Assembly (NCBI GenBank): GCA_965224085.1
Contig: CBDCYI010000011.1
Coordinates: forward strand, 1,216,001 to 1,280,000
Reading direction: 5' to 3'
Length of the DNA: 64,000 nucleotides
Source: Candidatus Marinacidobacterales bacterium
GTDB taxonomy: Bacteria > Acidobacteriota > Vicinamibacteria > Marinacidobacterales > SMYC01
In this document: positions 20,231 through 31,448 of the stretch, one piece after another
How positions within the stretch are numbered: the first letter of the stretch is position 1
Layout of the letters: every line of letters begins with the position of its first letter
Notes under the pieces: model-generated
Told to the model about the DNA's origin: nothing
Seen by the model: the letters and a program-made list of their open reading frames with translations, nothing else
Databases searched by the model: none
Translations under genes and position numbers: made by a program

Positions 20231-20745
20231 GCGTCAGCGTCCGCAATCGCCGACTCGACGCGCTCGAAGGTTTTCTTGGTTCCGTAGCGCACGGCCACGT
20301 CATGTAGTCGGGCTCGGTCGAATCTCCCGTGACGAAGCGCGCGTGCGAGGGTGACGGCCAGATCGACGGGGGACGCCGAAGCCTGTTCCGGATGCTCGAA
20401 AAGATCTACGACGAACCACTCGGGGCTGGGTCTCCTGGGAAACGCCACACGCCGAAGCCGAAACCGTCGTCCCCCCAGGTCGAACGTTCCCGAGCTAAGC
20501 ACCAGTGAACACGAATGGCGAGCCGTCGAGAAACGCACGGACGAGCGCTCCATCCGTGGGTGGAACGGTACCGAATCGACTCCGCGAGGGATGGGCGAAG
20601 AGCCCGTGCGCGAGACGGACAAGGCGACACTCGCGAACGAGACGGTTAGCCAGCCGCGGAGCATTCACCCCCCAGCGCGCAAACTCACGCGTGCGGTACA
20701 CCCGCCCTGGCTTCAATTTTGGATTCGACGCTGTCGGGATTGTAT
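20227..20745 (-). pseudogene. AbiEi-type antitoxin, frameshifted
   Basis: LKPGRVYRT...LVRLAHGLF in one frame and FRLRRVAFP...YGTKKT in another; overlaps the toxin start. Confidence 0.65.
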
Positions 20746-21350
20746 TTATTATCCTGAAATAATAGTACCATATATACCCTAACATATCAAATACGCTTGT
20801 ACTTAGAACGGCTTCTGCCGTCGAACGAAGTTTCACGCGCGCCGCCAGAAAGACCACCGGACCCATTCCAAGTCCGATCCGGCGGAAGGAAGAACGATGC
20901 CTGAACGAGACCGTGGACGTCTTGGTCGAGCGCGGTCTAGTCACTTCGGGCGAAACGCTCGCCCGGGTCTTGCCACAGATGACTTCCGGACTTCGCGCCA
21001 TAGGGATCACGGAACCGACGCTAGGCCAACTGTACGCTGGGATCTATCGAGCGTTCCGGAGGCGGCGGTCACTGCTCCTGCTGAATCTCCAGAAACAGAT
21101 CCAAGGTCGAAGAGCTACCGTGGGTCGCGGCAATCGAGCGGTTTCGCAGTGACAGCCTGTCCAGCCGAGAGCTCGCAAGGCAGACGCTCGAGGAAGTCAC
21201 CATTTTTAACGCTGACCTCATTTCCGCAGGCGATTCTTCCGAACAAGCTCCTCCCACGAGACCATCCGATGCCCGTCGTTTTCTTGGGTGGTCAAAGACG
21301 AAACATTGGCTACTGGAAACGCTGAAATGAACGCTCATCGCTGCGAGAAC

Positions 21351-21500
21351 ACACCTGCGAGGATGCCTCCGAGCACGAGGACCGGCATGCCGATAGCGGG
21401 GAGCGCCCGCCAGAGCGCGGCGGCAAAGGAAGTCTCCTCGACGGCTTCCGTTCGCGGCTCACGCTCGTACCGCTGCGCTTGGTCCAAGCTCGACGCAACG
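21351..21500 (-). repeat. Diverged copy of an internal dctM segment (13981-14130)
   Basis: 137/150 identical by manual alignment, same orientation. Confidence 0.9.
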
Positions 21501-21602
21501 GCGTCCTGAGCTCAACGACGTAGGTCGTTGATAGCACACCCTCACGAGTAGCCACGAGCGACAGGTTTCAGGAGAGACGCCGCACGTGAGAGGGAAGAAT
21601 TC

Positions 21603-22100
21603 CTACTTGATGAGGTACAGCTCATCCTGTGGCGGTGACAGGTACTCGACTCCATTTTCGGTGGCAATTGCCTGCTCGTGATCCCACCAGAACAGATACT
21701 GGTCTTCGTGCTCGGAGGAGGGCCAGGGCAGATAGATGAAGTATTCCAGAACAAAATGGTGGTTTGGCGGAAGGGGTATGTCCCACATCCATTCCGGGCC
21801 GTTCGAGCCAATCCTGGGACCGAAATAATTCTCGAATTTCCTCTCGCGGGCTCCTTTCCCCATGCCATGGCAATCGATATTGAGGTTGGCCGTGTAGTTC
21901 CTGACGATTTCACGAGGCGTAAGCCCCACCTTGATGGTCTCTGCCAGGATCATGTCGACCTTCTTGTACTCTGCCCAGATTCGCTTGATGTCCGCAGGCG
22001 GTTGTGTCTCTCCCTCGCGGAGCACATAGGCGTAGGTTCCCTGACTCGGGGCTGCAACGATATCGCCTCGCTGGATCGGCACGTTTTCGTGGCCCGCGGT
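21603..22100 (-). pseudogene. C-terminal fragment of an M24-peptidase-like protein
   Basis: YAYVLREGETQPP, CHGMG, FVLEYF, HEQAIATENGVEYLSPPQ. Confidence 0.55.
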
Positions 22101-22107
22101 GCGCCCC

Positions 22108-22929
22108 CTATGTGAAACCCCGGTGCCTCTCCGGCGAAAGGTGGTCACGCCGACTGTCGTCACCCATAGCGAGCGCGATGTCGCCCGCGCTTTTCAGGCG
22201 TTGTTCCTTCCTCTTGCGCAGGCAGCGTTCGAGCAATCGGCGCATCGAAGGCGTCGTGCTCTCCGGCAGCGCCTCCCACTCCGGTGTGCGCTCGACGATT
22301 TTGGCGAGCGTATCGGTCACGGTCTCTCTGGCGAAAGCTTTCCTTCCCGTGAGAGCCTCATAGAGACAGCAGCCGAACGCCCAAGTGTCCGTCCGTTTGT
22401 CGATGGTCTTCCCGCGCGCTTGCTCCGGGCTCATGTAGGACGCGGTGCCGATGATGACGCCGAGCGCGGTGCCTCTGGTCAACGTGGGAGACTGAGACGA
22501 ATCTGGCGCCGAGTCTTGCTCGCCAACGAAGGCTTTCGCTAAACCAAAATCCAAAATCTTCGGCTTCCCATCCGGCAAGATCTTGATATTCGCGAGCTTC
22601 AAGTCCCTGTGGATGATCCCCTTGTCGTGCGCGGCTTCCAGGCCTTCAGCGATCTGGATGAACAACGGGATGGCCTCATCGATAGAGATCGGGCCTTGCG
22701 CGATCCTCTCCGCTAGCGTCTCGCCTTCCACCACCTCCATCACCAGAAACTGCTGGCCGTCGTGCTCTTCGAATCCGTGCAGCGTCGCGATGTTACTGGG
22801 CTAGGAGCCGCGCTTCGCGCTCGAAGCGGTCCAGACGTTCTTGGTCTCGCGCAAACTCCTCGGGTAGGACTTTGATGGCGACATCTCGGCCAAGCTTGAT
22901 GTCGCGGGCTCGGTAGACTTCACCCATGC
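22108..22929 (-). pseudogene. Ser/Thr protein kinase remnant
   Basis: [36 protein letters not shown]; small deletion near 22800; 5' end replaced by an intron. Confidence 0.88.
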
Positions 22930-24085
22930 GTGCGTCCAGCTAAGGCTGGCGTGTTCAGTGGGAGTCAGTCCCACCGGGGCAAGAGCCAGAAGCCCCGTAG
23001 CTTGGATAGCAGGAAGGAGGGAAACCGAATGACCTGAAGCCTATCGACAAAGCCATCGTAAGGGATGGTGAGCGAGTCATCGGGCCGTAACGCAAGTGAA
23101 CGCAGAAGTAGCCTCGAAAGAAGTCACTCCGGAGGCCGAGCCCTTGTTTGGGGGGTGAAGGCAGCATGGGACGTCGCAGATTGGCCGAAGCGTCCTCGCA
23201 CTCCGGCGGGGTCGCAGCGACAGCACGGTGACAAGGACACGCTAAGCAACTGGAGAGGCCCTCCTCGTCCCATAGGGAGACCCGTGAAGCAACGCCGTCA
23301 GTATAACCGGCATCCCCCGGGAAATCGGACGGCAGGCGAGAGGGAGTCGGAGGGGTCCATATTAGCGATGAAGCGGAGTAATGCCCGTGGAGCGAAGGGG
23401 CCCTACTGTACAAGGAATCTTTTGACCAATGGGAGGCAGAGGCGATGACACAAGCGCCGATAGAGCTGCAAGACCTGAGACGAAAGATATATGCGAAGGC
23501 GAAGGCGGATAAGCGCCATCGCTTTTGGGGCATCTACGTCCACATCTGCAAGGAGGAAACGCTTCGCAAAGCCTACGACCGGGCAAAGGCCAACGGCGGC
23601 GCCCCGGGAATTGATGGGGTGACGTTCGAGTCCATTGAGGCCTCGGACGGAGGGGTTGCGAGTTTCGTCGAGCAGTTACGGGACGAGTTGGTGAGAGACG
23701 ACTACCGGCCCCAGCCGAATCGGCGCAAGGAGATACCCAAGGACGGCGGCAAGAAAGTCCGCGTGCTGGGTATTCCCACGATCCGAGACCGGGTGGTGCA
23801 AGGTGCCGTCAAGCTCATCTTGGAGCCCATTTTCGAGGCAGACTTCCAACCAGGCTCGTTTGGGTACCGGCTTAATCGGAGTGCTCATCATACGATACAT
23901 CGGGTCGTGGTGAGCATCACTCAGGAAAAGACACGCGTCATCGATTTGGATTTGAAAAGCTACTTCGACAATGTCAGGCACCACATATTGATGGAGAAAG
24001 TGGCTCGTAGGGTCAGCGACCGACAAGTGCTTCGCCTGTTGAAGTTGATGCTCAAAGCGAATGGCAAGAAAGGAGTTCCTCAGGG
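22930..24085 (+). mobile_element. Third group II intron, 3'-truncated, antisense to the kinase gene
   Basis: GTGCG at 22930; gtagcctcgaaa and gggagtcggaggggtcc domain I-III motifs; no domain V/VI. Confidence 0.88.
23445..24085 (+). pseudogene. ltrA: Group II intron RT, truncated at PQG (no YADD)
   Basis: GAPGIDG, RVLGIPTIRDRVVQ, DLDLKSYFD, GVPQG, then unrelated sequence. Confidence 0.9.
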
Positions 24086-25243
24086 CTCGGCCGCATTGTG
24101 CGGGTAGGCGTTCCAATCGTCGATGCGCCCTTTCCACGCCGGGCGGTAGTCGAGCCGGGCATGGTTGCCGTAAATCGTGTAGGTGAATGTTGACACCAGC
24201 ACACACAACGACGCCCGCGGTTTGCCGTGAAGTGCGCACACGAAAAAAGGCATCGCGTCGTAGTGGTCACCGCACACGATACGCGCGGCGTACACGCCGC
24301 AGGGGAGATCCTCCGGGATGGTGAACGAGAAGTCCGTCTTCCAGCCGAAGTCATAGATGTCGTCTTCGTGAAAGTGAATCGCGCCGTATTGCCCCGGTGC
24401 GTGACGCCAGCACATCTCGTTACCGTCCCAGCGCGCGCCGGTCATAGCACGCGCCGGCAGGTTGATGAGCTCACCGTGGAGCGCCAAAGCGGTATCTTCG
24501 ATGCGGGTGGTCGAGATACCGCGGCTGAAGTCCCATGCGGCCACCGGAGGGTCGAGGGGCGTGTCGGCGGAGAGAGCTTCCGCAGTGAACGCACGAGCGA
24601 AGATACGAGGGGAGTCGATCTTTCCGTTGTAGAGGTGGCTTGCGGTATCCTTCGTGAACAGGATCTGGTCAACGGCTGACGTGTCCGCGTCCGTGTGCAT
24701 CGTGATCCAGAACTCGCTCGCCACCCCGTCCGACAACGGCAGGCTGCCGACTCGGAGCTCTCCCGCGTCGGCATGAAGCGCCAGAAACACCCGGTACCAG
24801 CGTCGATGGATGAGAGCAGAGCCGGTGCTGACCTTTGCGCCCCCCACGCGCCCCTCGATGCTCCCGGTACTGTCGAGCGACAAGCGGGCGAGCGACTCGG
24901 TGCCGGCGCCCAAACACATGATTACCTGCTCGCCCCCTCCGACAGCGGTCGGCCAGATGTCGGCAACCAGAGTGAAGGAATCCATCGACGGGAGACGGGC
25001 GGCGGTTTTGATGAGCGCATACGAGCCGGGTGAGAACGATTGCTCGCGAGAGGGATAGCTGCCCTCGAACTCGGACGCTACCGGATTCTCGATGAGACCG
25101 GGACCGGCCGGATTGGGATCGGCGCATACCACCCGCACCAGCCGTGCGTGGTAAGGATCGCGCGAAAGGCTGCTGACCTTGAACTCGATGCTTTCGCCGG
25201 CGCGCACCGACAATCGATTGGTATAGCCGATCAATGAAAGCAT
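24086..25243 (-). pseudogene. N,N-dimethylformamidase large-subunit-like protein, 3'-truncated
   Basis: GYTNRLSVRAGESIEFKVSS, GAIHFHEDD, STFTYTIYGNH; ends at the junction with the truncated intron. Confidence 0.8.
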
Positions 25244-25284
25244 GATAAGGATCCTCTCTCGCAGCCTGGCTGGAACGCAATTGC

Positions 25285-25314
25285 CCTTACAGAGCCCTAC
25301 AGAGCCTTACAGAG
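25285..25314 (+). repeat. Three tandem 10-bp direct repeats (CCYTACAGAG) in a divergent intergenic region
   Basis: ccttacagag ccctacagag ccttacagag. Confidence 0.85.
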
Positions 25315-25323
25315 GATGCATCG

Positions 25324-27012
25324 ATGATTCGAATGTCGCTCGTCGCCGTTACCGTTATTGCGCTATGCGCCTGCCTCCCGCTGTTTGCCCAAGAGCCCGA
25401 ACCCGCGCCGTCGCTCCGGCCCCGTGTGGATGCGGTGTTCTCCCGCTGGAACAGCACCAACAGTCCGGGCTGTGCGGTCTCCGTCGTCAAGGACGGCACG
25501 ATCGTCTATGGGCAAGGCTATGGGATGGCCAACCTCGACCACGACGTTCCCATCCGCACTGACACTGTCTTCCACGTGGCCAGCGTGTCCAAAGAGTTCG
25601 CCGCGGCCGCGATTGCGCTGCTGTCGCTAGCGGGGAAGCTCTCTCTCGACGATCCGATCCAGAAGCACTTGCCGTGGGTCGCTGATTTCGGACACGCGAT
25701 CACCATTCGCAATCTCGTACACCACAACAGCGGCTTGCGAGATCAGTGGAGTCTGCTCGGAATGTCCGGGTGGCGCTACTCGAAGGACCAGATCACGAAC
25801 GACGACGTGATCTATCTGATCGAGAGGCAGCGGGATCTGAACTTCGTGCCCGGCGATCGGTATCTCTACTCCAACACCGGCTATACGCTGATGGGCTTGA
25901 TTGTGAAGAAGGTGAGTGGACAGACGCTGCGGGAATTTACGACGGAGCGCATCTTCAAACCCCTTGGCATGACGCGAACGCACTTCCGCGACGATTTCTC
26001 CGCAATCGTGAAGGACCAGGCCTTCGGCTATCGCTGGGACGACGACACGAAGGCGTTTCATACGAGCGTGACCAACTTCGATACCGTGGGTGCGACCAGC
26101 CTCCTCACGACCGTCGAGGACATGGCCCGCTGGGATCGGAACTTTATCGATCCCGTGGTCGGCGGACAGGCATTTCTAGACCTGATGCACCAGCGTGGGA
26201 TTCTCAACGACGGCGAGCTTCAGGATTACGCCTTCGGATTGGTCCACGGCGCCTATCGAGGGCTCCCGACCGTCGGGCATGGCGGCTCCGACGCCGGTTA
26301 CCGCGCCCACTTTGTTCGATTCCCGGACCAGAGCTATAGCTTCGTCACGCTCTGTAACCTCGCGCAGACGAATCCAGGGCGATTGGCGCGGGACGTTGCG
26401 GACATCTATCTCGAGGAATACCTCGAGTCTGTCACCGAAGAAACGGCAGCCGAGATGAAGCCCGTCGCGCTGACGGACGACGCCATGGCGCGCATCGAAG
26501 GTACCTACTTCTCCGAGAATCTGGCGATCGTCCTTCGGGTCCAACGCGACGAGGAGGCGCTCCGGCTCAGCTTCGGTGGCCGACCGTTCGAGATGATCCA
26601 CACGGGAGACGGTAGGTTCGCCGTCCCTGAGATGGGCCGTGCGATGCGGTTCGAACCTGCCACCGGCGCCGTCGAACGTGTCCGGTTCTGGCTCGTCGGC
26701 GAGGAGCACGACGCCGAGTCTGCGATGAAGCTGGCCCCGTCGGAGATGGGCGAGGCCGCCTTGCAGGAGTTCGTCGGAAACTACAGCAGTCCGGAACTGC
26801 CCGTGACCTATCACATCGACCTGAAGGAGGGGCAGTTGACCATCCACTGGCTCAAGCGCGCCCCTCGACCGCTCACGCTGGTAAGCGCAGACTGGCTGAC
26901 GGGAGACGATGTCGGCAGTCTCCGTTTCCGGCGTGACGCCAGCGGGCAGATCGCGGGATTTACCCTCGATTCCGGGCGAGTCCGTAACTTCCGATTCGAG
27001 CGCGTGAGGTGA
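25324..27012 (+). CDS. Secreted serine hydrolase, beta-lactamase/AmpC-like family
   Basis: Signal peptide; ASVSK (SxxK), YSNTGY, HGG. Confidence 0.9.
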   Translation: MIRMSLVAVTVIALCACLPLFAQEPEPAPSLRPRVDAVFSRWNSTNSPGCAVSVVKDGTIVYGQGYGMANLDHDVPIRTDTVFHVASVSKEFAAAAIALLSLAGKLSLDDPIQKHLPWVADFGHAITIRNLVHHNSGLRDQWSLLGMSGWRYSKDQITNDDVIYLIERQRDLNFVPGDRYLYSNTGYTLMGLIVKKVSGQTLREFTTERIFKPLGMTRTHFRDDFSAIVKDQAFGYRWDDDTKAFHTSVTNFDTVGATSLLTTVEDMARWDRNFIDPVVGGQAFLDLMHQRGILNDGELQDYAFGLVHGAYRGLPTVGHGGSDAGYRAHFVRFPDQSYSFVTLCNLAQTNPGRLARDVADIYLEEYLESVTEETAAEMKPVALTDDAMARIEGTYFSENLAIVLRVQRDEEALRLSFGGRPFEMIHTGDGRFAVPEMGRAMRFEPATGAVERVRFWLVGEEHDAESAMKLAPSEMGEAALQEFVGNYSSPELPVTYHIDLKEGQLTIHWLKRAPRPLTLVSADWLTGDDVGSLRFRRDASGQIAGFTLDSGRVRNFRFERVR

Positions 27013-27199
27013 AGCCCGCTGGAGGATCACGATCCCGCAGCTCACCACCACACGAGCGGGCTCTGACTGGGGAAGTGTCGCCTCGATCGCGGTCGTCATC
27101 GCCGCGTCGGTCACCGACAACGCTTCCGGGGCTGTTACGGGAGTCGATCCTGTAAGATCCGTGGGCGCCGGGAAAGTCGCCGACCCGAGGAGAACATCC

Positions 27200-28807
27200 A
27201 TGCTGATCTTCAATCCCCGTCATACCCGTCATCCCCGCCAGGCGGCGAGGCTTCGATGGTCCGTGCTGGCCCTAACCGTTTCTGTGCTCATGCCCGGGTG
27301 CTCGCCCGAAGAGGAGAATGCCGAGGAGAATGCCGAGGAGAAGGCCGGCCAGCCCGGATTGACCCGGCATCCCAACGTCCTTTTCATCTCGCTCGACGAT
27401 ATGAACGACTGGGTGGGGCCTCTGGCGGGGAACGACCAGACCATCACGCCTTCGTTGGATCGGTTCGCAAGACAGGGCGTCACGTTCCGGCGCAATTATG
27501 CCCCAAGCCCTGGCTGCAACCCTTCCCGTTCCGCCACCCTGACGGGTTTACACACCTACCGGTCGGGGATGTATTCGAACTACCAGGACTGGCGGAGAGT
27601 GCCCGCGCTGCAACAGGTCCAGACGCTCGGCCAACACTTCCGCAATGACGGTTATTACACGGCGGGCGCCGGCAAGATCTTTCACTACGAACAGGTCGAT
27701 GCCATCGGTTGGGACGACTACTACCCGAGCATCAAAAACCCGATGCCTGCGGACGACCTTCCTGAAACACGGCCCGTCAACATGCCGCCCTTCGAGTTCA
27801 TGTACGGCATGTTCGATTGGGCACCGCTCTCCATCACCGAGGAAGAAGCCGCTGATTTCGAGACCGTCACGTACATCACCGAGCAGTTGGAGAAAGAGCA
27901 CGACAAGCCGTTCTTTCTCGCCGCCGGCATCTATCGTCCTCATCTCCCCTGGTATGTACCGCAGGCATACTTCGACAAGTTCCCAATCGAGTCCATCAAA
28001 AAGCCGGCGGTGCTCGAGGACGACATTGCGGACCTGGGGCCGGTCGCCAGGGAGCTCATCGGGCGTGGAGGCGACTACCACCGTCACGTGGTCGAGGCCG
28101 ATCAGTGGAAAAAGGCCATCCAGGGATACCTGGCGTCCATCGCCTTTGCCGACGCGATGGCTGGACGCCTGCTCGACGCCCTGGAAGAAAGTCCTCATGC
28201 CGACAACACCATCGTCGTGATCTGGTCGGATCATGGATGGCAGTTGGGGGAGAAGTCGCATTGGAGAAAATTCGCCCTGTGGGAAAACGTGATTCGCACG
28301 GTTCTGATGATCCAGGTTCCCGAAGGGCTTCTGGCGATGCCACAGGGATCGGCGGTCGGCGAAGCGACGGACAACCTAACCTCGCTCCTGGACATCTACC
28401 CGACGCTGGTCGAGCTGTGCAACCTCTCGGAGCGCGATGACCTCGACGGGGTCAGCCTGGTCTCGTTGCTGGCCAATCCCCGGCAAGAGACGCCGCGATC
28501 GGTGATCACCACATACGATTACGGCAGTTACTCGGTTCGCAGCGGACAATGGCACTACATCCGCTACATCGATGATTCCGAGGAGCTCTACGACCTTGTC
28601 GACGACCCCGAGGAGTGGACCAACCTGGCGTCAGACCCGCGCTTCGCGCAGACCAAGGGTGAGCTGGCCGCGTCCATTCCCGAGGATCCGATCGACCTGC
28701 CCGAAGAATCGTTGCTGGAGCTTCAGGAACACCATGTTCCTCCGTTCAGGTCCAAAGCCTATTTCTTCAGCCCGGAAAGAGCGGAGTGGATGAAGAGGTT
28801 CGAGTGA
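27200..28807 (+). CDS. Sulfatase (iduronate-2-sulfatase/choline-sulfatase-like) lipoprotein
   Basis: PNVLFISLDD, CNPSR formylglycine motif, GKIFH, WSDHG, LGEK; lipobox-like MPGC. Confidence 0.92.
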   Translation: MLIFNPRHTRHPRQAARLRWSVLALTVSVLMPGCSPEEENAEENAEEKAGQPGLTRHPNVLFISLDDMNDWVGPLAGNDQTITPSLDRFARQGVTFRRNYAPSPGCNPSRSATLTGLHTYRSGMYSNYQDWRRVPALQQVQTLGQHFRNDGYYTAGAGKIFHYEQVDAIGWDDYYPSIKNPMPADDLPETRPVNMPPFEFMYGMFDWAPLSITEEEAADFETVTYITEQLEKEHDKPFFLAAGIYRPHLPWYVPQAYFDKFPIESIKKPAVLEDDIADLGPVARELIGRGGDYHRHVVEADQWKKAIQGYLASIAFADAMAGRLLDALEESPHADNTIVVIWSDHGWQLGEKSHWRKFALWENVIRTVLMIQVPEGLLAMPQGSAVGEATDNLTSLLDIYPTLVELCNLSERDDLDGVSLVSLLANPRQETPRSVITTYDYGSYSVRSGQWHYIRYIDDSEELYDLVDDPEEWTNLASDPRFAQTKGELAASIPEDPIDLPEESLLELQEHHVPPFRSKAYFFSPERAEWMKRFE

Positions 28808-29058
28808 ATGGTGGGCATAGCTCAATACACGCTTTGAAGCCTCTGTTTAAGCGCTCTGGGAATCGTTCGGGACGAACGATTACAGCGTGACCTTTCTTCT
28901 TGCCTGGTAAGCCAGCCGACTGCCCGAGCTGGCCTTCCCCGAGTTTGCTTGGGTCTTGAGAAAATGGGTTCGCCGATTGGATGGCGAGGCTCGGGGAAGC
29001 TCAGTCGTCGTCGGGCTCTGCGGATCTGACTGGGCAGAGCTCGTTACGATGGGATCTT

Positions 29059-30291
29059 CTACCGGCGTCCTGCGGGTACCAGCCTCACGATCGGCGTTGG
29101 CGCGCCATCGAAGCCGCGCGCGTCGCCGTCCACCGCCACGTAGATCAGTCCATCAGGGCCTTGCCGAACGTCGCGGAGGCGACCCATCCCATAGATCAGC
29201 GTCTCTTGCCGGACGACCCGCTTTCCCTCGAGCCGGAGACGGACGAGCTGCTGTCCGCGCAGGCTCGCGACGAGCATGTCGCCCTTCCACTCGGGGAATC
29301 GCTCGCCCGTGTAGAAGAGCATCCCGGAGACGCCGAGCGACGGCACCCACACGTACGTCGGCGGCTCCATACCGTCTTTGTGCGTGCCCTTGTGAATCGC
29401 CAGGCCGGTGCGATAGTGCACGCCGAAACCCACCACAGGCCAACCGTAATTGAGACCTGGTCGGATGAGGTTGAGCTCATCACCGCCCTGTGGGCCGTAC
29501 TCGTTGAGCCACACGTCGCCCGTTTCGGGATCTAGCGCAAGTCCCTGGGCGTTGCGGTGTCCGTAGGTCCAAATCTCTGACAGCGCCACGGCCCCACCGA
29601 CGAAGGGATTGTCGGTAGGCACCCGGCCGTCGTCGTGGAGCCTCACCGTCGTCCCATTGTGGTTCGAGAGGTCCTGGGACGGGTGCTTCGACAGGTCGCC
29701 GGTGGACGGCCACTGCCGATCGCCGAGGGTCACGAAGAGGTAGCCGCTCCGATCGAATGCGAGTCGTCCGCCCCACTGCGAGCTTCGGTCGCTCCCATTT
29801 CCGAACGCGTCGGCGTGGAAAATCTCCTCGACGTCCGACAGGCGCTCGTGCTCGAAGCGCCCCCGCGCCACGGCGATATTGCCGAGACCGTCCGCGCCGG
29901 GCTTCGTGTAACTGAGGTAAAGAAGCCGATTCGAAGCGAAGTCGGGGTGAAGTATGACGTCGCGCATGCCCGCTTGCTCGCGCCCGTCCATCGACATCGC
30001 GCCGCGCCCCAGCGCGAGAACGTCGGGCAGTCCGGCGACCGGCTGGGGTAGCAACTTTCCCTGACGCACGATTCGCAGCCGACCGGGACGCTCGGTGACG
30101 AGCAGGTCCCGCTCGGGCGTGAAGGCCATGGCGAACGGGTGGACGAGGCCGGCGACGACCATCTCGATCGTGAAGTCGTGGTAGGCGGTCTGGATCACCG
30201 AACCGACAGGCGACTTCTGGCCTGCGGCGGCTTGCGACCAAACGCCGAGCGTCAGCGCGACGGGCACGATGGCTCGGTTCAACCTGTACAC
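29059..30291 (-). CDS. PQQ-dependent soluble aldose sugar dehydrogenase (second copy)
   Basis: LLVTERPGRLR, TYGHRNAQG, GPQGGDELN, NYGWP. Confidence 0.9.
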   Translation of the reverse strand: MYRLNRAIVPVALTLGVWSQAAAGQKSPVGSVIQTAYHDFTIEMVVAGLVHPFAMAFTPERDLLVTERPGRLRIVRQGKLLPQPVAGLPDVLALGRGAMSMDGREQAGMRDVILHPDFASNRLLYLSYTKPGADGLGNIAVARGRFEHERLSDVEEIFHADAFGNGSDRSSQWGGRLAFDRSGYLFVTLGDRQWPSTGDLSKHPSQDLSNHNGTTVRLHDDGRVPTDNPFVGGAVALSEIWTYGHRNAQGLALDPETGDVWLNEYGPQGGDELNLIRPGLNYGWPVVGFGVHYRTGLAIHKGTHKDGMEPPTYVWVPSLGVSGMLFYTGERFPEWKGDMLVASLRGQQLVRLRLEGKRVVRQETLIYGMGRLRDVRQGPDGLIYVAVDGDARGFDGAPTPIVRLVPAGRR

Positions 30292-30342
30292 GCGGTTACC
30301 TCACGTTCAAGTCTAGGAAATCGGGCCGTACGTCCAGGGGAG

Positions 30343-31446
30343 TCATGCTACGTCGAGCACGGGATTGGCAACAACCTCGCTTCGCGGCGTGATCCCCAAT
30401 CCAGGTGCAAGCGACGCGGCCATTCGCCCCCGAGCTCTTTGCGGCGCTCCCTCGGCGGTACGGACCGTCACGTAGCTATTGAAATCGGTTGCTGTAAACA
30501 GGAATTCCGTGGGAGTGCTATGTGCCAGGTGAGCGATCGCAGCCGTCACGATGTCGCCTCCCCACGCGTCTTCGATCGTCACGGCGATGCCCAGCGAGAC
30601 GCATAGATCACGGGCCTGCCGCGTCTTGGTAAGCCCGCCAAACTTGCCGATCTTTAGATTGACGACGTCCATCGCGTGATCGGCACTGGCACGCAGTAGG
30701 ATGTCCATACCATCAATCGATTCGTCCAAAACGAATGGATGGTCCGTGCGATGGCGAATTGCCAAACACTCGGCGTAGCTGGCACAGGGTTGTTCGATAT
30801 AGACATCGATATCGCGCACTTTGCGAACCACTCGAGCGGCTTCGTGCATGAGCCATCCCGTGTTGGCATCCGCGATGAGCTTGTCTCCGGTCTCCATTAA
30901 GTCCGCGACCGCGCGTATACGTTCTACATCGACGTCGGGATCTCCGCCGACCTTCAGTTGGAATCTTCGATAGCCCTCGGAGCGATAACCGGCGACTTTC
31001 GCCGCCATCTCTTCGGGAGATTCTTGAGAGATAGCGCGGTAAAGCACAAAGTCCTCGTCGTATCGTCCGCCCAACAACGCGCAAAGCGGCATTTGACAGC
31101 TCTGACCGAGAATGTCCCAGCACGCCATGTCCAAAGGCGATTTCACGTAGGGGTGGCCCTTGAGGGCCGCGTCCATTAATTGGTTGACTCTTCCTAGCTG
31201 AGTGGGATCTTCTCCGATCAAGTGCGGAGCAAGCTTCGCAATCCCTGCTCGCACACCCTCTGCGTACGACGGCAGATAGAACGGACCCAAGGGACATATT
31301 TCGCCATGGCCCACGATGCCGGCATCGGTCTCGATTCGGACAATCGTGCTGTCAAACACCGAAACCGACTTGCCGCCGGACATGTGGTAGCTGCCCTCAT
31401 GCAGCGGCAGTTCGACTCGATAGGCCGTGATTCTTTCAATCTTCAT
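30343..31446 (-). CDS. Enolase-superfamily (MR/MLE) enzyme, cis-3-hydroxy-L-proline dehydratase / hydroxyproline-betaine epimerase-like
   Basis: [36 protein letters not shown]. Confidence 0.85.
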   Translation of the reverse strand: MKIERITAYRVELPLHEGSYHMSGGKSVSVFDSTIVRIETDAGIVGHGEICPLGPFYLPSYAEGVRAGIAKLAPHLIGEDPTQLGRVNQLMDAALKGHPYVKSPLDMACWDILGQSCQMPLCALLGGRYDEDFVLYRAISQESPEEMAAKVAGYRSEGYRRFQLKVGGDPDVDVERIRAVADLMETGDKLIADANTGWLMHEAARVVRKVRDIDVYIEQPCASYAECLAIRHRTDHPFVLDESIDGMDILLRASADHAMDVVNLKIGKFGGLTKTRQARDLCVSLGIAVTIEDAWGGDIVTAAIAHLAHSTPTEFLFTATDFNSYVTVRTAEGAPQRARGRMAASLAPGLGITPRSEVVANPVLDVA

Positions 31447-31448
31447 TC

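Noticed and set aside
23164-23170. GCATGGG as EBS1 of the third intron (complements exon CCCATGC)
   Set aside because: It lies in a conserved structural segment also present in the outer intron, not in the expected EBS1 loop; may be chance.
27311-27346. 12-bp tandem repeat in the sulfatase gene
   Set aside because: An in-frame low-complexity linker (EENA repeats) after the lipoprotein signal; unremarkable.
28923-29016. Long imperfect hairpin between convergent genes as an ncRNA
   Set aside because: Only about 10 bp of perfect stem and a single copy; cannot be distinguished from a terminator or chance.
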